Source: the human T2T-CHM13v2.0 reference genome, Homo sapiens
Length of the DNA: 64,000 nt
Strand: one strand, 5' to 3'
Assembly (NCBI RefSeq): GCF_009914755.1
Contig: NC_060925.1
Part shown: piece after piece, positions 58,201-64,000 of the stretch
How positions within the stretch are numbered: the first letter of the stretch is position 1
Layout of the letters: each line of letters begins with the position of its first letter
The notes under the pieces: model-generated
Databases searched by the model: none
Told to the model about the DNA's origin: nothing
Seen by the model: the letters and a program-made list of their open reading frames with translations, nothing else
Program-made: the position numbers and the translations under genes

Positions 58201-61200
58201 AATGGACTGGAATGGAATCATTGAATGGACTCGAAAGGGATCATGATTGAATGGAATTGAATGGAATCATCGAATGGTCTCGATTGGAATCATTATCAAA
58301 TGGAATCGAATGGAATCACCGAATAGAATCGAATGGAACAATCATCGAATGGACTCAAATGGAATTATCCTCCAATGGAATCGAATGGAATTATCGAATG
58401 CAATCGAATGGAATTATCGAATGCAATCGAATAGAATCATCGAATGGACTCGAATGGAATCATCGAATGGAATGGAATGGAACAGTCAATGAACTCGAAT
58501 GGAATCATCATTGAATGGAATCGAATGGAATCATCGAGTGGAATCGAATGGAATTATGATCAAATGGAATCGAATGTAATCATCATCAAATGGAATCAAA
58601 AATAACCATCATCAATTGGTATTGAATGGAATTGTCATCAAATGGAATTCAAAGGAATCATCATCAAATGGAACCGAATGGAATCCTCATTGAATGGAAA
58701 TGAAAGGGGTCATCATCTAATGGAATCGCATGGAATCATCATCAAATGGAATCGAATGGAATCATCATCAAATGGAATCTAATGGAATCATTGAACAGAA
58801 TTGAATGGAATCGTCATCGAATGAATTGAATGCAATCATCGAATGGTCTCGAATGGAATCATCTTCTAATGGAAAGGAATGGAATCATCGCATAGAATCG
58901 AATGGAATTATCATCGAATGGAATCGAATGGTATCAACACCAAACGGAAAAAAACGGAATTATCGAATGGAATCGAAGAGAATCTTCGAACGGACCCGAA
59001 TGGAATCATCTAATGGAATGGAATGGAATAATCCATGGACTCGAATGCAATCATCATCGAATGGAATCGAATGGAATCATCGAATGGACTCGAATGGAAT
59101 AATCATTGAACGGAATCGAATGGAATCATCATCGGATGGAAACGAATGGAATCATCATCGAATGGAAATGAAAGGAGTCATCATCTAATGGAATTGCATG
59201 GAATCATCATAAAATGGAATCGAATGGAATCAACATCAAATGGAATCAAATGGAATCATTGAACGGAATTGAATGGAATCGTCATCGAATGAATTGACTG
59301 CAATCATCGAATGGTCTCGAATGGAATCATCTTCAAATGGAATGGAATGGAATCATCGCATAGAATCGAATGGAATTATCATCGAATGGAATCGAATGGA
59401 ATCAACATCAAACGGAAAAAAACGGAATTATCGAATGGAATCGAAGAGAATCATCGAATGGACCCGAATGGAATCATCTAATGGAATGGAATGGAATAAT
59501 CCATGGACTCGAATGCAATCATCATCGAATGGAATCGAATGGAATCATCGAATGGACTCGAATGGAATAATCATTGAACGGAATCGAATGGAATCATCAT
59601 CGGATGGAAATGAATGGAATCATCATCGAATGGAATCGAATAGAATTATGGAATGAAATCCAGTGTGATCATCATCGAATGGACCCGAATGGAATCATCA
59701 TCCAACGGAAGCTAATGGAATCAACATCGAATGAATCAAATGGAAACACCATCGAATTGAAACGAATGGAATTATCATGAAATTGAAATGGATGGACTCA
59801 TCATCGAATGGATTCGAATGGAATCATCGAATAAAATTGATTGAAATCATCATCGAATGGAATCGAATGGTATCATTGAATGGAATCGAATGGAATCATC
59901 ATCAGATGGAAATGAATGGAATCGTCATAGAATGGAATCGAATGGATTCATTGAATGGAATCAGATGGAATCATCGAATGGACTGGAATGGAATCATTGA
60001 ATGGACTTGAAAGGGATCATGATTCAATGGAATTGAATGGAATCATCGAATGGTCTCGATTGGAATCATTATCAAATGGAATCGAATGGAATCACCGAAT
60101 AGAATCGAATGGAACAATCATCGAATGGACTCAAATGGAATTATCCTCAAATGGAATCGAATGGAATTATCGAATGCAATCGAATGGAATTATCGAATGC
60201 AATCGAATAGAATCATCGAATGGACTCGAATGGAATCATCGAATGGAATGGAATGGAACAGTCAATGAACACGAATGGAATCATCATTGAATGGAATCGA
60301 ATGGAATCATCAAGTGGAATCGAATGGAATTATGATCAAATGGAATCGAATGTAATCATCATCAAATGGAATCAAAAATAACCATCATCAATTGGTATTG
60401 AATGGAATTGTCATGAAATGGAATTCAAAGGAATCATCATCAAATGGAACCGAATGGAATCCTCATTGAATGGAAATGAAAGGGGTCATCATCTAATGGA
60501 ATCGCATGGAATCATCATCAAATGGAATCGAATGGAATCATCATCAAATGGAATCTAATGGAATCATTGAACAGAATTGAATGGAATCGTCATCGAATGA
60601 ATTGAATGCAATCATCGAATGGTCTCGAATGGAATCATCTTCTAATGGAAAGGAATGGAATCATCGCATAGAATCGAATGGAATTATCATCGAATGGAAT
60701 CGAATGGTATCAACACCAAACGGAAAAAAACGGAATTATCGAATGGAATCGAAGAGAATCTTCGAACGGACCCGAATGGAATCATCTAATGGAATGGAAT
60801 GGAATAATCCATGGACTCGAATGCAATCATCATCGAATGGAATCGAATGGAATCATCGAATGGACTCGAATGGAATAATCATTGAACGGAATCGAATGGA
60901 ATCATCATCGGATGGAAACGAATGGAATCATCATCGAATGGAAATGAAAGGAGTCATCATCTAATGCAATTGCATGGAATCATCATCAAACGGAATCGAA
61001 TGGAATCAACATCAAATGGAATCTAATGGAATCATTGAACAGAATTGAATGGAATCGTCATCGAATGAATTGACTGCAATCATCGAATGGTCTCGAATGG
61101 AATCATCTTCAAATGGAATGGAATGGAATCATCGCATAGAATCGAATGGAATTATCATCGAATGGAATGGAATGGAATCAACATCAAACGGAAAAAAACG

Positions 61201-62196
61201 GAATTATCGAATGGAATCGAAGAGAATCATCGAATGGACCCGAATGGAATCATCTAATGGAATGGAATGGAATAATCCATGGACTCGAATGCAATCATCA
61301 TCCAATGGAATCGAATGGAATCATCGAATGGACTCGAATGGAATAATCATTGAACGGAATCGAATGGAATCATCATCGGATGGAAATGAATGGAATCATC
61401 ATCGAATGGAATCGAATAGAATTATGGAATGAAATCCAGTGTGATCATCATCGAATGGACCCGAATGGAATCATCATCCAACGGAAGCTAATGGAATCAA
61501 CATCGAATGAATCGAATGGAAACACCATCGAATTGAAACGAATGGAATTATCATGAAATTGAAATGGATGGACTCATCATCGAATGGATTCGAATGGAAT
61601 CATCGAATAAAATTGATTGAAGTCATCATCGAATGGAATCGAATGGTATCATTGAATGGAATCGAATGGAATCATAATCAGATGGAAATGAATGGAATCG
61701 TCATAGAATGGAATCGAATGGATTCATTGAATGGAATCAGATGGAATCATCGAATGGACTGGAATGGAATCATTGAATGGACTTGAAAGGGATCATGATT
61801 GAATGGAATTGAATGGAATCATCGAATGGTCTCGATTGGAATCATTATCAAATGGAATCGAATGGAATCACCGAATAGAATCGAATGGAACAATCATCGA
61901 ATGGACTCAAATGGAATTATCCTCAAATGGAATCGAATGGAATTATCGAATGCAATCGAATGGAATTATCGAATGCAATCGAATAGAATCATCGAATGGA
62001 CTCGAATGGAATCAACGAATGGAATGGAATGGAACAGTCAATGAACACGAATGGAATCATCATTGAATGGAATCGAATGGAATCATCGAGTGGAATCGAA
62101 TGGAATTATGATCAAATGGAATCGAATGTAATCATCATCAAATGGAATCAAAAATAACCATCATCAATTGGTATTGAATGGAATTGTCATCAAATG

Positions 62197-63259
62197 GAAT
62201 TCAAAGGAATCATCATCAAATGGAACCGAATGGAATCCTCATTGAATGGAAATGAAAGGGGTCATCGTCTCATGGAATCGCATGGAATCATCATCAAATG
62301 GAATCGAATGGAATCATCATCAAATGGAATCTAATGGAATCATTGAACAGAATTGAATGGAATCGTCATCGAATGAATTGAATGCAATCATCGAATGGTC
62401 TCGAATGGAATCATCTTCTAATGGAAAGGAATGGAATCATCGCATAGAATCGAATGGAATTATCATCGAATGGAATCGAATGGTATCAACACCAAACGGA
62501 AAAAAACGGAATTATCGAATGGAATCGAAGAGAATCTTCGAACGGACCCGAATGGAATCATCTAATGGAATGGAATGGAATAATCCATGGACTCGAATGC
62601 AATCATCATCGAATGGAATCGAATGGAATCATCGAATGGACTCGAATGGAATAATCATTGAACGGAATCGAATGGAATCATCATCGGATGGAAACGAATG
62701 GAATCATCATCGAATGGAAATGAAAGGAGTCATCATCTAATGGAATTGCATGGAATCATCATAAAATGGAATCGAATGGAATCAACATCAAATCGAATCA
62801 AACGGAATCATTGAACGGAATTGAATGGAATCGTCATCGAATGAATTGACTGCAATCATCGAATGGTCTCGAATGGAATCATCTTCAAATGGAATGGAAT
62901 GGAATCATCGCATAGAATTGAATGGAATTATCACCGAAAGCAATTGAATGGAATCAACATCAAACGGAAAAAAACGGAATTATCGAATGGAATCGAAGAG
63001 AATCATCGAATGGACCCGAATGGAATCATCTAATGGAATGGAATGGAATAATCCATGGACTCGAATGCAATCATCATCGAATGGAATCGAATGGAATCAT
63101 CGAATGAACTCGAATGGAATCATCATTGAATGGAATCGAATGGAATCATCGAGTGGAATCGAATGGAATTATGATCAAATGGAATCGAATGTAATCATCA
63201 TCAAATGGAATCAAAAATAACCATCATCAATTGGTATTCAATGGAATTGTCATCAAATG
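62197..63259 (+). repeat. Truncated 1063-bp unit (713-bp deletion)
   Basis: Spacing 62357 to 63420 = 1063. Junction ATCATCG-AATG-AACTCGAATGG at 63103-63106 joins unit position 1459 to 2173 (first-unit coordinates). The CCAGTGTG, AAGCT and AAAGGG landmarks are absent from this unit. Confidence 0.95.
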
Positions 63260-64000
63260 GAATTCAAAGGAATCATCATCAAATGGAACCGAATGGAATC
63301 CTCATTGAATGGAAATGAAAGGGGTCATCATCTAATGGAATCACATGGAATCATCATCAAATGGAATCGAATGGAATCTTCATCAAATGGAATCTAATGG
63401 AATCATTGAACAGAATTGAATGGAATCGTCATCGAATGAATTGAATGCAATCATCGAATGGTCTCGAATGGAATCATCTTCTAATGGAAAGGAATGGAAT
63501 CATCGCATAGAATCGAATGGAATTATCATCGAATGGAATCGAATGGTATCAACACCAAACGTAAAAAAACGGAATTATCGAAAGGAATCGAAGAGAATCT
63601 TCGAACGGACCCGAATGGAATCATCTAATGGAATGGAATGGAATAATCCATGGACTCGAATGCAATCATCATCGAATGGAATCGAATGGAATCATCGAAT
63701 GGACTCGAATGGAATAATCATTGAACGGAATCGAATGGAATCATCATCGGATGGAAACGAATGGAATCATCATCGAATGGAAATGAAAGGAGTCATCATC
63801 TAATGCAATTGCATGGAATCATCATCAAATGGAATCGAATGGAATCAACATCAAATGGAATCTAATGGAATCATTGAACAGAATTGAATGGAATCGTCAT
63901 CGAATGAATTGACTGCAATCATCGAATGGTCTCGAATGGAATCATCTTCAAATGGAATGGAATGGAATCATCGCATAGAATCGAATGGAATTATCATCGA

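Larger units (their letters stand above)
1..64000 (+). repeat. Human Satellite 2 (HSat2/HSATII) tandem array, 1776-bp unit, ~36.7 copies, GGAAT (purine-rich) strand on +; most likely the chr1q12 1.77-kb family (D1Z1/HSat2A2)
   Basis: Seen: the sequence is built from GGAAT/CGAAT pentamers with ATC(ATC) spacers (reverse complement CATTCGATTC, the HSat2 signature). The landmark ORF MESSSNELNA starts at 710, 2486, 4262, 6038 ... 62357, 63420 (37 occurrences, modal spacing 1776). Knowledge: the 1.77-kb EcoRI HSat2 repeat is characteristic of 1q12. Chromosome assignment is inference. Confidence 0.96.

Noticed and set aside
152-63803. About 200 short + strand ORFs (61-163 aa; MESSSNE..., MNGIEWNHR...)
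   Set aside because: These are direct translations of GGAAT/ATC repeats, which supply ATGs and few stops. They overlap in several frames, recur with the satellite period, are freely broken by nonsense and frameshift variants (18720, 28020, 50540) and show no recognisable domain.
1-64000. CRISPR-like or other repeat-spacer system
   Set aside because: No constant repeat separated by unique spacers; all sequence recurs at the 1776-bp period, and no cas or other genes are present.
1-64000. Hidden insertion (Alu/L1/viral), inversion or unique island
   Set aside because: All 36 landmark intervals are 1776 bp or explained by -468, -23, -23, -1, -1, +3 and -713 bp changes, leaving no room for an insertion. 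The GGAAT strand stays on + throughout.
1-64000. Absence of minus-strand ORFs as a sign of coding-strand selection
   Set aside because: TCATCA on + reads TGATGA on -, so stops are frequent there by composition alone.
1-64000. HSat3 (e.g. DYZ1, chr9) or alpha satellite identity
   Set aside because: Perfect GGAAT runs are at most about three copies, ATCATCGAAT dominates, the period is 1776 rather than ~3.6 kb, and there is no 171-bp monomer or CENP-B box evident.

Overview
The whole 64 kb window is one uninterrupted, single-orientation tandem array of human-type Satellite 2 (HSat2/HSATII). It is a degenerate (GGAAT)n/(CATTC)n satellite rich in ATCGAATGG and ATCATC motifs, organised as a 1776-bp unit with one EcoRI site per unit. 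This matches the classic 1.77-kb HSat2 repeat of chromosome 1q12 pericentromeric heterochromatin (D1Z1/pUC1.77 type; HSat2A2); the chromosome assignment is inferred from unit length and motif, not from a search. About 36.7 units are present. I see no genes, RNA genes, transposon insertions, inversions or CRISPR arrays, and every listed ORF is a translation artefact of the repeat. I found no new coding system. What can be read is array architecture and history: a 468-bp internal A/B duplication in each unit, deleted units (1308, 1753 x2, 1063 bp), small indels, recent 1-, 2- and 5-unit (8857 bp) duplications shown by shared private variants, older haplotype blocks recurring 10 and 13 units apart, and a distinct variant set in the distal ~11 kb. 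Identity claims rest on manual marker comparison, not a computed alignment.
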